Virus record (IMG/VR): IMGVR_UViG_3300017760_000001
Location: 1-64,000 of that record
From: a virus
DNA length: 64,000 bases
Reading direction: 5' to 3' (one strand)
The translations under genes were made by a program, and so were the position numbers. Numbering within the stretch: position 1 is the stretch's first letter; each line of letters starts with the position of its first letter. Positions 54,750-63,778 of this stretch are shown here, one piece after another. The notes under the pieces were generated by a model, which searched no databases, was not told the origin of the DNA, and was given only the letters and a program-made list of their open reading frames with translations.

Positions 54750-54817
54750 GATTCTTATATATAATAGTAAGGCATTCATACCGAATGTCAAAAATAAAAT
54801 AATCTAAGGAGATTATA

Positions 54818-55810
54818 ATGATTACTAGTAACACTAAATTTAGTGGCGTTTCTGGCGCACTATCAAATCTTAAAGGTGAACGTGTATCCATTCAGGAAGT
54901 CATCGACACCGTCCTACAAATCACCAACATGAAATCAAAGACATTGGCTGACATGAAGACCAATGCATCTTACAATCCATCTGAAGTTGGTGTAGTTCCT
55001 TTAAATTCTCTTTATGTTGATATGACCTATCAACGTATCATTCGTCTTCAGAAGTTGATCAACAAACTTCGAAAGTTGGGCGGGTTTGACATGTACTCTG
55101 CTGGCGTTGTTGATATTGCGATACGACCTAGTGGTGACAGTTATGTATGGGACGGTCTAAGACGTTGCATCATGGCTGGACTATGTGGATTGACTCACGT
55201 GAAGTCATCTCAGTTCGTACATCCAATGAACGCCTCCAATGAAGATTGTCAAAAACAAGAGGCAAGATATTTCAAGTCTCGTAATGCAGACCAAGAAAGT
55301 ATGAAGGCAGAAGAAATATTTAAATCAGAAGTTGTTTATGGTGACCCGAAAGCACTAGAACTTTTGAGACTAATTAAAAACTGTAGACTCGACATCGAAG
55401 GATTAAATCCAGGCGGCCGAATTTTCGGTGGGTTTGTCGAGGTACGTGACAATTACTTCAAGAAAGATAAAATAGAAGACGAGTATTTTATTGAAGCGTC
55501 AAGTATTATTCAAAACATTTATCCTAAAGAAGTTATCTCTGGTTACTTGTTGACTGGTCTTGCGTATCTTTTAACTAAGAACGAAGATTCAGATATATCT
55601 TACTCAGCCGAAGAACTGGTAGAAGCTTTACGTAATTACGCATCAGTCAATCAGAAACAAACAGATCTGATCCGTGGTAGACTGGCAGGAAACGCAAGAG
55701 GTAGTATCGCTTACCTAATCGCAAGACGTGTACTAAGAGATAACAACGGACTTATCAATTCTATTGGATTAGATGAAGAATCTATGAATTTAGTTGACGA
55801 AGCGGCTTGA
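54818..55810 (+). CDS. ParB/Srx-like (DGQHR-type) domain protein
   Basis: VDMTYQR, VWDGLRR, EARYF. Confidence 0.55.
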   Translation: MITSNTKFSGVSGALSNLKGERVSIQEVIDTVLQITNMKSKTLADMKTNASYNPSEVGVVPLNSLYVDMTYQRIIRLQKLINKLRKLGGFDMYSAGVVDIAIRPSGDSYVWDGLRRCIMAGLCGLTHVKSSQFVHPMNASNEDCQKQEARYFKSRNADQESMKAEEIFKSEVVYGDPKALELLRLIKNCRLDIEGLNPGGRIFGGFVEVRDNYFKKDKIEDEYFIEASSIIQNIYPKEVISGYLLTGLAYLLTKNEDSDISYSAEELVEALRNYASVNQKQTDLIRGRLAGNARGSIAYLIARRVLRDNNGLINSIGLDEESMNLVDEAA

Positions 55811-55836
55811 CATTGACCTAAGAGTTGTGGTATAAT
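55807..55836 (+). promoter_or_regulatory. sigma70-type promoter for the tRNA
   Basis: TTGACA-18-TATAAT with TGG before the -10. Confidence 0.75.
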
Positions 55837-55849
55837 ATACCCATATTAT

Positions 55850-55921
55850 GCGGAATTAGTATAATGATTACATTAGGTGTCCAACCTAAAGATGGAGGTT
55901 CAAGTCCTCTGTTCCGCTCCA
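55850..55921 (+). tRNA. tRNA-Gly(UCC), atypical (G33, short D-loop)
   Basis: Acceptor GCGGAAT/GTTCCGC, U73, encoded CCA; anticodon arm TTAGG-TGTCCAA-CCTAA; T arm GGAGG-TTCAAGT-CCTCT. Confidence 0.85.
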
Positions 55922-55932
55922 ATCTCTCTCTT

Positions 55933-55954
55933 ACCCCTCTTCGGAGGGGTTTTT
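55933..55954 (+). terminator. Rho-independent terminator (UUCG loop)
   Basis: ACCCCTC-TTCG-GAGGGGT-TTTT. Confidence 0.85.
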
Positions 55955-55963
55955 ATTGCCCAT

Positions 55964-55988
55964 AAAAAAAGGGAGTCCGAAGACTCCC
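55964..55988 (-). terminator. Rho-independent terminator after gp23 (UUCG loop)
   Basis: GGGAGTC-TTCG-GACTCCC followed by T7. Confidence 0.9.
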
Positions 55989-56031
55989 TCTAAAATGCGG
56001 TGAGTTAACCTCACTCTTATTTTTATACTTC

Positions 56032-57366
56032 TTATGTGAGGATGTTGTCCACACGGAAGATACGGTAGTACTGGTTAGACTTAGCAGCTGCAAGTCCGTC
56101 AGCAGGTGAAGCACCAACAAATGGGTTAGAAGCCATGCCGTAGCGAGTCTTGAAACCGATTTTTGGTTGGAAAGTGTCTTCACTAACTGCTTTAACCATT
56201 TGTAAAGGTACATATGGGCAGTAGAATAGACCACTGTCATAAGTGTTAGTACCTTTATAACCTACAGTAACGTAGTTTGCAGTTGCATATGGATCGATGT
56301 ATACTTTGATACGACCGTTCAATAGACCAGCAAAAGTGTTACCAGTATCATCTACTTGTAGGTTGTTGCTGATAGCAGGACTGTAGTCTAAAGAACCAGA
56401 AGCAGCTAGAGCAGTTGCAACGTCTGAAGAACAGATTACAACGTTACCTTTACCACGGCGAGTTTCTTTAGCGATAGTGTTACATTCACGATCGATTTGT
56501 ACAGTTAGACCTTTGAACTTCTCAGCAGACCAACGACCATCAGCATCAGTTGATAGATCGAAGATACCGTGTTTAGCTACGTTATCTTGTAATGCACCAG
56601 TTTTTGCCTGAGTGTTGATAGTACGGATAACTTCACGGTTGATTTCTGCAAGGATCTCAGTTGACAAGATGTTCGCCAACTCAGTCTCAGCGTCTAGACC
56701 GTGGATTGCTTTAAGGTCTTGAGCAAGTTCAAGCGAGTATTCCGCTTTCAATGCACGTGACTTAGCAGTTACAGTTGCTTTCTCGATTGAGAAACCCATT
56801 TCGTTGAATGAAGATGATGGATCAACACCTGAAGAACCTAGTCCTTCTGCGTGTGCAGTTTCCATACCACCAGCAACGCTAACGTCACGGTTAGTATCAG
56901 CAGAGTCGCCTGGGCCGCCTACAACACCGTCAAAACCAGATACACCTTTAGAACCTACTGAACCAGCAGAGTCACCAGAGAATACTGCATTTGGTTCTGC
57001 GATAGCTAGTGCTTCAGTACCAGACTGAGAAGTGTAACGTGATTTCATTGCGAAGATAAGACCAGTTGGGCCATTCATCGGTTGAACACCACACACATCA
57101 TATGCGATTAGGTTAGGCATTGCACGGCGTACTAGAGAGATCAATACTGGATCCCAGTTCGCTACTGCGCTACCTGTTGCGTTAGTTGGAGCAGCTTCTG
57201 TCATGAAACCGTGTTCTGCACTACGTTGTTCCGCAAGTGCTTTCTCTTGGTTTTCTAGAACAGCAGCAGTTACCGCCATACGATGACGGTCTTGGATTTC
57301 ACCAGCAGAACTTTCGTTCAGTACTGGAGACCATTTTTCGATTAATTGGTCGTAAGATTGTTGCAT
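56032..57366 (-). CDS. gp23: major capsid protein (T4 gp23)
   Basis: LISLVRRAMPNLIAYDVCGVQPMNGPTG, SRALKAEYSLELAQDLKAIHGLDAE, FQPKIGFKTRYG. Confidence 0.98.
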   Translation of the reverse strand: MQQSYDQLIEKWSPVLNESSAGEIQDRHRMAVTAAVLENQEKALAEQRSAEHGFMTEAAPTNATGSAVANWDPVLISLVRRAMPNLIAYDVCGVQPMNGPTGLIFAMKSRYTSQSGTEALAIAEPNAVFSGDSAGSVGSKGVSGFDGVVGGPGDSADTNRDVSVAGGMETAHAEGLGSSGVDPSSSFNEMGFSIEKATVTAKSRALKAEYSLELAQDLKAIHGLDAETELANILSTEILAEINREVIRTINTQAKTGALQDNVAKHGIFDLSTDADGRWSAEKFKGLTVQIDRECNTIAKETRRGKGNVVICSSDVATALAASGSLDYSPAISNNLQVDDTGNTFAGLLNGRIKVYIDPYATANYVTVGYKGTNTYDSGLFYCPYVPLQMVKAVSEDTFQPKIGFKTRYGMASNPFVGASPADGLAAAKSNQYYRIFRVDNILT

Positions 57367-57378
57367 AATAGTAATTCC

Positions 57379-58419
57379 TTACTTAATAGTTTTCTTGATT
57401 GCGTTAACATACTGTTCCATCGCACTAGAAACTTCAACCGTTTGGTCTACGTCTTCAGCAACAACTTCAACTTCTTCGTTAGCGCTTGGTTCTTTTGAGA
57501 AGTGAGATTCGATTACAATACCAACTTTTTTGGCGAAGGTTTCTTCGTCATCAAAATCAATACTTTCTACAAGTCCTTTTAACTTCTCTACTTGTGTTTC
57601 AGCAAGACCACGAGCAGATTCAGCGATGATTGCTTCACGCTTCAGTACTTCGAGTTCTTCACTTAATTTAATTGCATCACCAACCTGACTGTTCAATTTC
57701 TCTTCCAGTTCAGATACTTGTTCTGCTAATTCGTCAACTAGGTCAACTTTGGATTCAGGAACATCGATATAAGACTCTGTAAACAGATCCTTCATTTTGT
57801 CCATGAAAGTTTCTGCGATTTCAGTACGTAGACCGTTCTGTACCGCTACTTTGTTTTCTTCCATCCAAGATTCAACTACGTAGTTTAAGTAAGAATCTAC
57901 TTTCTCAACAAGATCAGTCTTGATAGACGATACTTCTTCAGATAGTTCTTCTTTGTACTGTGACTCTAAACGATCTACTTCTTCAGATAGTTTAGATTTA
58001 ACAGCGGCTTCAAAAATTACAGCAGTTTTTTCTTTGAACTCTTCAGAAAGAGTTGCTTCAGATTCTACCAACTTATCCAACTCGGAAGTTGTGTCGATAG
58101 TTTCTGCAACAGTCTCTCCAGCTACTTCTAGGTCTTCACCCATCAACTTGCCGTATGATGCTTGTAGGTCTACTTTCTTCATAGAATTAAGTTTACCATA
58201 CATTGCACTAATCATACCAGCTTTAGTCTTAGGTACAGGTGCCTGTTTAGTAGCGTCAGCAGCCTTATCCACAGATGCGATAGACTCTGGTTCCGTTACA
58301 GGAGCAGCGTCTGCCTTACCTTTGGCAGTAGGTGCTTGTGCTTCTTCGAGAGTTTCCTCCACGATTTCGTTATCAATTTCATCGTGAAGTTCTACTTCGA
58401 CTTTAGTTTCATCAGTCAT
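57379..58419 (-). CDS. gp22: prohead core scaffold (T4 gp22)
   Basis: LSEEFKEKTAVIFEAAV, VDSYLNYVVESW; acidic coiled coil. Confidence 0.92.
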   Translation of the reverse strand: MTDETKVEVELHDEIDNEIVEETLEEAQAPTAKGKADAAPVTEPESIASVDKAADATKQAPVPKTKAGMISAMYGKLNSMKKVDLQASYGKLMGEDLEVAGETVAETIDTTSELDKLVESEATLSEEFKEKTAVIFEAAVKSKLSEEVDRLESQYKEELSEEVSSIKTDLVEKVDSYLNYVVESWMEENKVAVQNGLRTEIAETFMDKMKDLFTESYIDVPESKVDLVDELAEQVSELEEKLNSQVGDAIKLSEELEVLKREAIIAESARGLAETQVEKLKGLVESIDFDDEETFAKKVGIVIESHFSKEPSANEEVEVVAEDVDQTVEVSSAMEQYVNAIKKTIK

Positions 58420-58429
58420 TAGAGACTCC

Positions 58430-59089
58430 TTACATACTAGATTTGATTAACGAGAGGAAATTCTTAAACTCCCGAATCTGCACTTCTGGACGAAATGCTT
58501 TCGGAGCGGTTTTAATTTCAGTCTCAATATCTTCAATTATTTGGGGTTCCAAAATGCCGTTATTCCAAACCCAATCTACACCTTCCATGATTCCATTGAC
58601 AAAAGCGTCAGGTGCTGAGGGGTCTTGCACGATATCTACCGTGTTAAGAATAAAGTCGTCTTTGACGTACATTGCGCCATTTTTTTGTTCCAAACTTCCC
58701 ATTCCACGAGTTGACACTCCTAGTTGTACACCACCATCAAGGAGACCTTTAACAATCTTACCCATTGGAGTATCCAATATTTGTGCCTTTCCGACCACAT
58801 CATTTCCCTCAAACTTGAGGTCTGTGATGAGATGCGAAACTTTGTCTAAGTTAACAGTAGGCCCTTCAGGATGATTCAATTCACCCACGGCACGTTTCTT
58901 GCTAACTTGTTCTGTAACGTACTTATTTACCGCAGATTCCATAATTGGTTTCGGGTAGATACGTCCGTTTCTATTCTTTGATTCTGTTTGAATGAAGATT
59001 CCTTCAATGACGTAGTTCTTCTCGCCATTCTCTTTCTTCTCTACAATGCACTGTAGATTATCTTCTTTGAATTCACTAATTAACTTCAT
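58430..59089 (-). CDS. gp21: prohead protease (T4 gp21)
   Basis: KNRNGRIYP, GELNHP, GVSTRGMGS, DIVQDPSAPDA. Confidence 0.96.
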   Translation of the reverse strand: MKLISEFKEDNLQCIVEKKENGEKNYVIEGIFIQTESKNRNGRIYPKPIMESAVNKYVTEQVSKKRAVGELNHPEGPTVNLDKVSHLITDLKFEGNDVVGKAQILDTPMGKIVKGLLDGGVQLGVSTRGMGSLEQKNGAMYVKDDFILNTVDIVQDPSAPDAFVNGIMEGVDWVWNNGILEPQIIEDIETEIKTAPKAFRPEVQIREFKNFLSLIKSSM

Positions 59090-59316
59090 TTGAGTTTACC
59101 ACCTAGTGATTTTAATGTAGTTTTCAATGTCTTCATTGCTAACGCCTGAGTTTTGAAAACGTCTAATTTGTCACCATCAATATACACACAGAAACCTTTT
59201 GGTTCCTTTACGATGGCGACTGGTACTTTAACAGATCCAGTTGACTTTGCCGAATACACGACATCACCCTTATACTTGGGTTTTGCTTTCTCTCGAATCT
59301 GTTTAAATGTTTTCAC
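59086..59316 (-). CDS. small prohead core/internal protein (gp68-like position)
   Basis: MKTFKQIRE N-terminus; lies between gp67-like and gp21. Confidence 0.55.
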   Translation of the reverse strand: MKTFKQIREKAKPKYKGDVVYSAKSTGSVKVPVAIVKEPKGFCVYIDGDKLDVFKTQALAMKTLKTTLKSLGGKLK

Positions 59317-59343
59317 TATAAGTTTTTTCCTTATTCGTACTTT

Positions 59344-59351
59344 TATTTATA
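59344..59351 (-). promoter_or_regulatory. T4 late promoter
   Basis: TATAAATA upstream of the 68/21/22/23 unit. Confidence 0.8.
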
Positions 59352-59380
59352 CAAAAAAAGTTTTTTAGATGAAATTATTA

Positions 59381-59749
59381 TTAAGAAAATTCTTCTTCAG
59401 ATTCTACTTCAACTTCAGGTTCTTCTTCGACCTCTTCTACCTCGATATCCTCTTCAGATTCAACCTCAGTTTCTTCTTCATCTTCAAAGTCAACCTCAAG
59501 TTCGAAATCTTCAACATCGATGTCTTCACCGTTGTTGTTGAAGATATTTGCGGCTACATTTACCTTCTCTGCTTCCAACGCATCTTGCATCTTACTACCC
59601 AACATGTCATTGAATAGGTCGCCTGCTTTGTTGTAGTTGGTCGCTTGAATTGCATCCACGAAGTTATCGAGGTTTAACTCCATCTGTGTCTTTTCAACTT
59701 CAGGTACTTCTACTTCAGCTGTTTCTGTTTCACTCATGATTTTCTCCAA
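59381..59749 (-). CDS. acidic prohead core protein (gp67-like)
   Basis: Follows the portal gene; Glu-rich tail. Confidence 0.6.
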   Translation of the reverse strand: MEKIMSETETAEVEVPEVEKTQMELNLDNFVDAIQATNYNKAGDLFNDMLGSKMQDALEAEKVNVAANIFNNNGEDIDVEDFELEVDFEDEEETEVESEEDIEVEEVEEEPEVEVESEEEFS

Positions 59750-61258
59750 TTAAAATTCTTCGTCTTCATTACCTGTTTCTGCATTGGCTTCGGTTGCGAT
59801 TTGTTTCAGGATATTCTCAACCTCATCCTCTTGCATTTGTAATACATTTTTCCAAACCCATTCTTTAGAAAAGTACTCACCAACATATTGAGATACTTGA
59901 TCCATAGTCTGTAGACGTTCACGTAGAACCTCTGCTTCTTTGAGTTCAGAGAAGTGGTTGTCACGGATAAAGTCAACCGTGACATCATTCTTCCACTCTT
60001 CCCAATCCTGTTCAGTGATAATACCTTTGAGGATTAGTTGTTTCTTTAGAATATGTAGGAACAGATTAGAGAAACGTTTTCTCAGTCTGTCAATAAACTT
60101 CTGGAACTTAACTTCGTCTCGGTTGATCTCTGTTGCACGACCCAAAGAGAACTGTGCCTCTTGTTCTAGACGTGAAAGAGGTACGTTCAACGCACGATAC
60201 AATCTCTTCTGGAAGTAGATGATATCATCAATCTGTCCAAGGTTCTCACCGCCAGGCAGTGTAGAGATCTCTGTACCACGACCACCTTCTTTACGTGGTA
60301 ACCAGAAGTCTTCCAACATAGACATATGTTTACGGTCATCTTTCAATTGACCTGTGTTCGCATCGTAGACCAACTTGTTACGATAACGAGACATGATGTC
60401 TTTCATGTGTTTCTCTGCCTTCTGTGTAGGCAAGTTACCGACATCTATGTAAAAGATTCTACGTTCAGGCGCACGTGCGAGACGGTAGATTACCAACGAA
60501 TCTTCCATCATACGCAATTGGTTAATTGGTTTGATTGCCTTGTGTAGGAAAGATACTACACGTTTTCTAGAAGGATCTAATAGACCAGATGTAACATAGG
60601 ATACTGAATCTGGACTTAGTCTAACACCAGACTGCGCTCCTGCTTTCTCTTGATAGATATAGAACTCATCTGTTCTATCTACAATTTTTGCGCCTGTCTT
60701 AGGATCTTTCTTATACTTAACTTCTCGAACCTTACGCATTTTAGCTGCATCAATGGGACGAATCTCTTGGATACCCATCTTTGCGTTTGACTCGTTCACG
60801 ACCAAGTGATGGTACAAACGACCATCTACATACCATGAACGGAAAATATCGTGACCTAATTCGTTGAAGTTCAACATACCACATATGGCATCAAACTCTT
60901 CAACCATTAGTTTTTTGATTTTGTCTGATGTCTTAACGTTATCGAGATCGAGTTCTACAGGTGCTTCCATTTCGGAACCAGACACCGACTCGTTTACAAT
61001 ATCTTCGATAGCTGCATCGACTTCAGGATGTTGTGCAACACCCCTATACTTTTGAATCTGTTGGGTATTATCCTTCGCATCCGCACCATCCATATCGATG
61101 TACGAACCAAAGTGTGACCCTGAGGCTGTGACGTATCCAGCACCATCGGGATCTGCCGTTGGTACAATAGACTGAAGTTTTTCCTTTTCTTTCGGTTGGT
61201 TTGTTGTTCTTTTGATCTCAAATCCAAAGAGTTTTAAACCGTTATTCTCGTCCGCCAT
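59750..61258 (-). CDS. gp20: portal vertex protein (T4 gp20)
   Basis: WYVDGR, YRLARAPERRIFYIDVGNLP, MLEDFWLPR.EGGRGTEISTLPGG. Confidence 0.97.
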   Translation of the reverse strand: MADENNGLKLFGFEIKRTTNQPKEKEKLQSIVPTADPDGAGYVTASGSHFGSYIDMDGADAKDNTQQIQKYRGVAQHPEVDAAIEDIVNESVSGSEMEAPVELDLDNVKTSDKIKKLMVEEFDAICGMLNFNELGHDIFRSWYVDGRLYHHLVVNESNAKMGIQEIRPIDAAKMRKVREVKYKKDPKTGAKIVDRTDEFYIYQEKAGAQSGVRLSPDSVSYVTSGLLDPSRKRVVSFLHKAIKPINQLRMMEDSLVIYRLARAPERRIFYIDVGNLPTQKAEKHMKDIMSRYRNKLVYDANTGQLKDDRKHMSMLEDFWLPRKEGGRGTEISTLPGGENLGQIDDIIYFQKRLYRALNVPLSRLEQEAQFSLGRATEINRDEVKFQKFIDRLRKRFSNLFLHILKKQLILKGIITEQDWEEWKNDVTVDFIRDNHFSELKEAEVLRERLQTMDQVSQYVGEYFSKEWVWKNVLQMQEDEVENILKQIATEANAETGNEDEEF

Positions 61259-61290
61259 TTAAATTCCTCAAAACCTTAATAGTAAAATGA

Positions 61291-61326
61291 AAGGGGGAAA
61301 ATCCCCCCTTCCATTCATTACTTATA
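61291..61326 (-). promoter_or_regulatory. late-promoter variant plus hairpin between gp19 and gp20
   Basis: TATAAGTA (61319-61326) followed by a GGGGGA/TCCCCC stem with short U tract. Confidence 0.5.
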
Positions 61327-61332
61327 CTAGAA

Positions 61333-61860
61333 TTAACTAGTAGTATTTGACTCCCAGTATTGGATAGCAAATTCTACAGTAAATTCTTCGATTGCATCAT
61401 TAGTCTCGTAAGACAATGCAATCTCCCCTACGTTAACAGGGAAACAACCACGGAAGTTGTATGTTTTCAATACATCTCCATTGCGGTCAAGTTGATCAAC
61501 GGATAGATCCGCTTCGTAATCTACAGGGTTAGACAAACCAGTATTCGCAGCGTGTGCGTTGATACCGTTCATCCAACGTTCCATAGCATCACGAACACTG
61601 AAATCAGTATCGTTGATGATTGTTACAGTCCAGTTCTGGAAGGTACGATCGCCAGCAATCTTCAATTGGCGTCCACGGAACGGTACGTTTACCAATGCCA
61701 TTTCTGACACAGGTAACTGCGCTGTCTTACACAAGAATGATGATAGTTCTACATCACCACCAGCATAAGCAGGGAAGTTCAATGTTGCCTTGAAGAGATT
61801 GGGGCGTGCGCCTCCACCACGGAGTTTTGACTTAAAGTCATCTACACCTAATACAGCCAT
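61333..61860 (-). CDS. gp19: tail tube protein (T4 gp19)
   Basis: GGARPNLF, FRGRQLKIAGDRTF..WTVTIIND, IEEFTVEF. Confidence 0.96.
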   Translation of the reverse strand: MAVLGVDDFKSKLRGGGARPNLFKATLNFPAYAGGDVELSSFLCKTAQLPVSEMALVNVPFRGRQLKIAGDRTFQNWTVTIINDTDFSVRDAMERWMNGINAHAANTGLSNPVDYEADLSVDQLDRNGDVLKTYNFRGCFPVNVGEIALSYETNDAIEEFTVEFAIQYWESNTTS

Positions 61861-61873
61861 TTTCTATCTCCTC

Positions 61874-63691
61874 TTATACCGTGCCAACTACTTCTTCAAA
61901 CTCAACACCAGTTCTAACTGCAACGAAGTTCAACGTTACGAAGTTAATAGAACGAGCGGGTTTGATGAAGATTGAAGCGATAAATTCATTTCTATCAATG
62001 ACTGCTGGTGTGTTATTTGTTTCGTCACAAACGACACGGAAGTCAGTGATACCTCTTCGACCCTGTACTTCACGAAGTAAAGGTTCTACGATGTTTGTAA
62101 ATTCAGCACGAGTAAACTCATCATTGAACTCAAACATTACGTTCTTAGCAGCTAAGGCGATTTGTCTTTCTAGTACAAGGAACAATCTACGAACGTTGAT
62201 TCGGTCGAATGCACTTGGACGACTTTCGAAAGTTTTATCACCAAATAGGATAACACCACTGCCTGGAATATTGGCGATTGGGTTAATGCCTGCTTTATAC
62301 AGAGTATCTCTCTCTGATTTGTTAGGGTTAGATAAAATGTCTGTTACACCCAAGTAGTTACCTCGTCTCTGACCAGCAGGAGAGAACCAAGGTGCAGCTA
62401 CTGCATCAGTACCAGCGAATAGACCAGCAGTTGATGAGTTAGCAGGGATGTTAACATACACATCGTTGTACTTGTCATATACCTTCAAGAAGTTATTATC
62501 AACAACTAGGTATGATGATCGGGTACAACCACTCGCAAACGAAGTAGTGCCAGTTACAGGAGTTGATCCTGTGATAGCAGCTCTATCGGGGGAAGTAGTT
62601 ACAACACAATCTTGACGACCTTTAGCGATAGAAACAAGATCATTTACAACGGTGTTACCGTCAGTCTTGTTAGGATGCAAAGGTGCGATTAACATATCGA
62701 CTTGTACAGTTTCAGTATCTTCGAACAGATCAAAACCAGTAGCGTATTCAGAAGTGCCGATAGCACCACCGTCTGTACCACCACCTAGTTTAACCTTAGA
62801 CTTAGCGTCACTCCAATCAGTACCACCTTGTGACGGTATGAAAGCGTGAGAGTAGTCTTCAGCTGAATCAACAGTAGGTTCTGCGCCAAACTTTGCTGCG
62901 AAGTTATTGTGAGTTGATCCAAACGCAGAGTCATCCCCAAAGTATGGGTTATAGACATAGTTAGACTGATTGTTGATTACGTCACTGATGTAGTTCGGTG
63001 CGCCGTCTGTAGACTTAGCGCCTTTCAACATAGATACATGTGGGAAAGTTTCAAGAACTGTACCAACAGTACCAGAGATAGCACCAGTACGGTCAACTAC
63101 CGCAACGTGTATCTCATCGTTAGCACCACTAGAGTTTAGGTTTGACAGGTGAGGTGAAGTGCCTGGAGCCTGATCAAACTGACCAGCATAAGACCATGCA
63201 TCAAAGAAGTCAGCACTAGTGTCTGAATCTGTACCAGCAGGACAGAATGATACTTCAATAGCATCACCTAAAGCACCAGCGTATCTAGATACAAATGATC
63301 CAGTTTTGTTGGTGTTAGCGGTTCCTAATGTCAGTGTGTCGAAATGTGATTTATTCTTAATTAATACTTGTTCACCATCAGACTCTTGATAAGATTCTAA
63401 TATGTAAGAAGACGAGGAATTAACTGCGCCGTCGCCCACTTCACGAACAACGTAGAGTGAACTTGAGTATCGTAAGAAAGAAGCTGCGGACAAAAAGTCC
63501 ACATTATTTGATGTGTCGGGTGAGCCAAAGACACTAACTAGACCAGTTTCATCTGCTACTAGTGTGCGTTCTTGTACAGGCCCCCAACGAAAATTCCCTA
63601 CAAAGGCGCCAGTTGATGACGTAACACTGGGTACTACACCAGTGAGATCAATCTCTTTGACTACAATTGCGGGAGAAGCTGATGTTGCCAT
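61874..63691 (-). CDS. gp18: tail sheath protein (T4 gp18)
   Basis: SPAIVVKEID, FRWGP, PWFSPAG, FDRINVRRLF, IKPARSINF. Confidence 0.97.
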   Translation of the reverse strand: MATSASPAIVVKEIDLTGVVPSVTSSTGAFVGNFRWGPVQERTLVADETGLVSVFGSPDTSNNVDFLSAASFLRYSSSLYVVREVGDGAVNSSSSYILESYQESDGEQVLIKNKSHFDTLTLGTANTNKTGSFVSRYAGALGDAIEVSFCPAGTDSDTSADFFDAWSYAGQFDQAPGTSPHLSNLNSSGANDEIHVAVVDRTGAISGTVGTVLETFPHVSMLKGAKSTDGAPNYISDVINNQSNYVYNPYFGDDSAFGSTHNNFAAKFGAEPTVDSAEDYSHAFIPSQGGTDWSDAKSKVKLGGGTDGGAIGTSEYATGFDLFEDTETVQVDMLIAPLHPNKTDGNTVVNDLVSIAKGRQDCVVTTSPDRAAITGSTPVTGTTSFASGCTRSSYLVVDNNFLKVYDKYNDVYVNIPANSSTAGLFAGTDAVAAPWFSPAGQRRGNYLGVTDILSNPNKSERDTLYKAGINPIANIPGSGVILFGDKTFESRPSAFDRINVRRLFLVLERQIALAAKNVMFEFNDEFTRAEFTNIVEPLLREVQGRRGITDFRVVCDETNNTPAVIDRNEFIASIFIKPARSINFVTLNFVAVRTGVEFEEVVGTV

Positions 63692-63758
63692 AACTTTTTC
63701 CTTTTTATCGGTTGCGAATTATAAGTGTACATTATACGGATTTTTTCTTCAATACCTT

Positions 63759-63766
63759 TATTTATA
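63759..63766 (-). promoter_or_regulatory. T4 late promoter for gp18
   Basis: TATAAATA. Confidence 0.8.
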
Positions 63767-63778
63767 CTTTAAAGATTT

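Noticed and set aside
53558-54791. Minus-labelled ORFs 53558..53785, 53852..54079, 54570..54791 and the plus ORF 42471..42671
   Set aside because: They overlap stronger genes on the opposite strand and show no coding features of their own
55850-55921. tRNA-Trp(CCA) reading of the anticodon
   Set aside because: Stem pairing TTAGG/CCTAA places UCC at 34-36, and acceptor stem and discriminator match Gly
945-63691. Introns, inteins or homing endonucleases in nrdA, gp41, gp43, gp46, gp20, gp23
   Set aside because: ORFs are continuous and of ordinary length; the extra nrdA segment is a glutaredoxin, and no intein or LAGLIDADG/GIY-YIG/HNH motifs were seen
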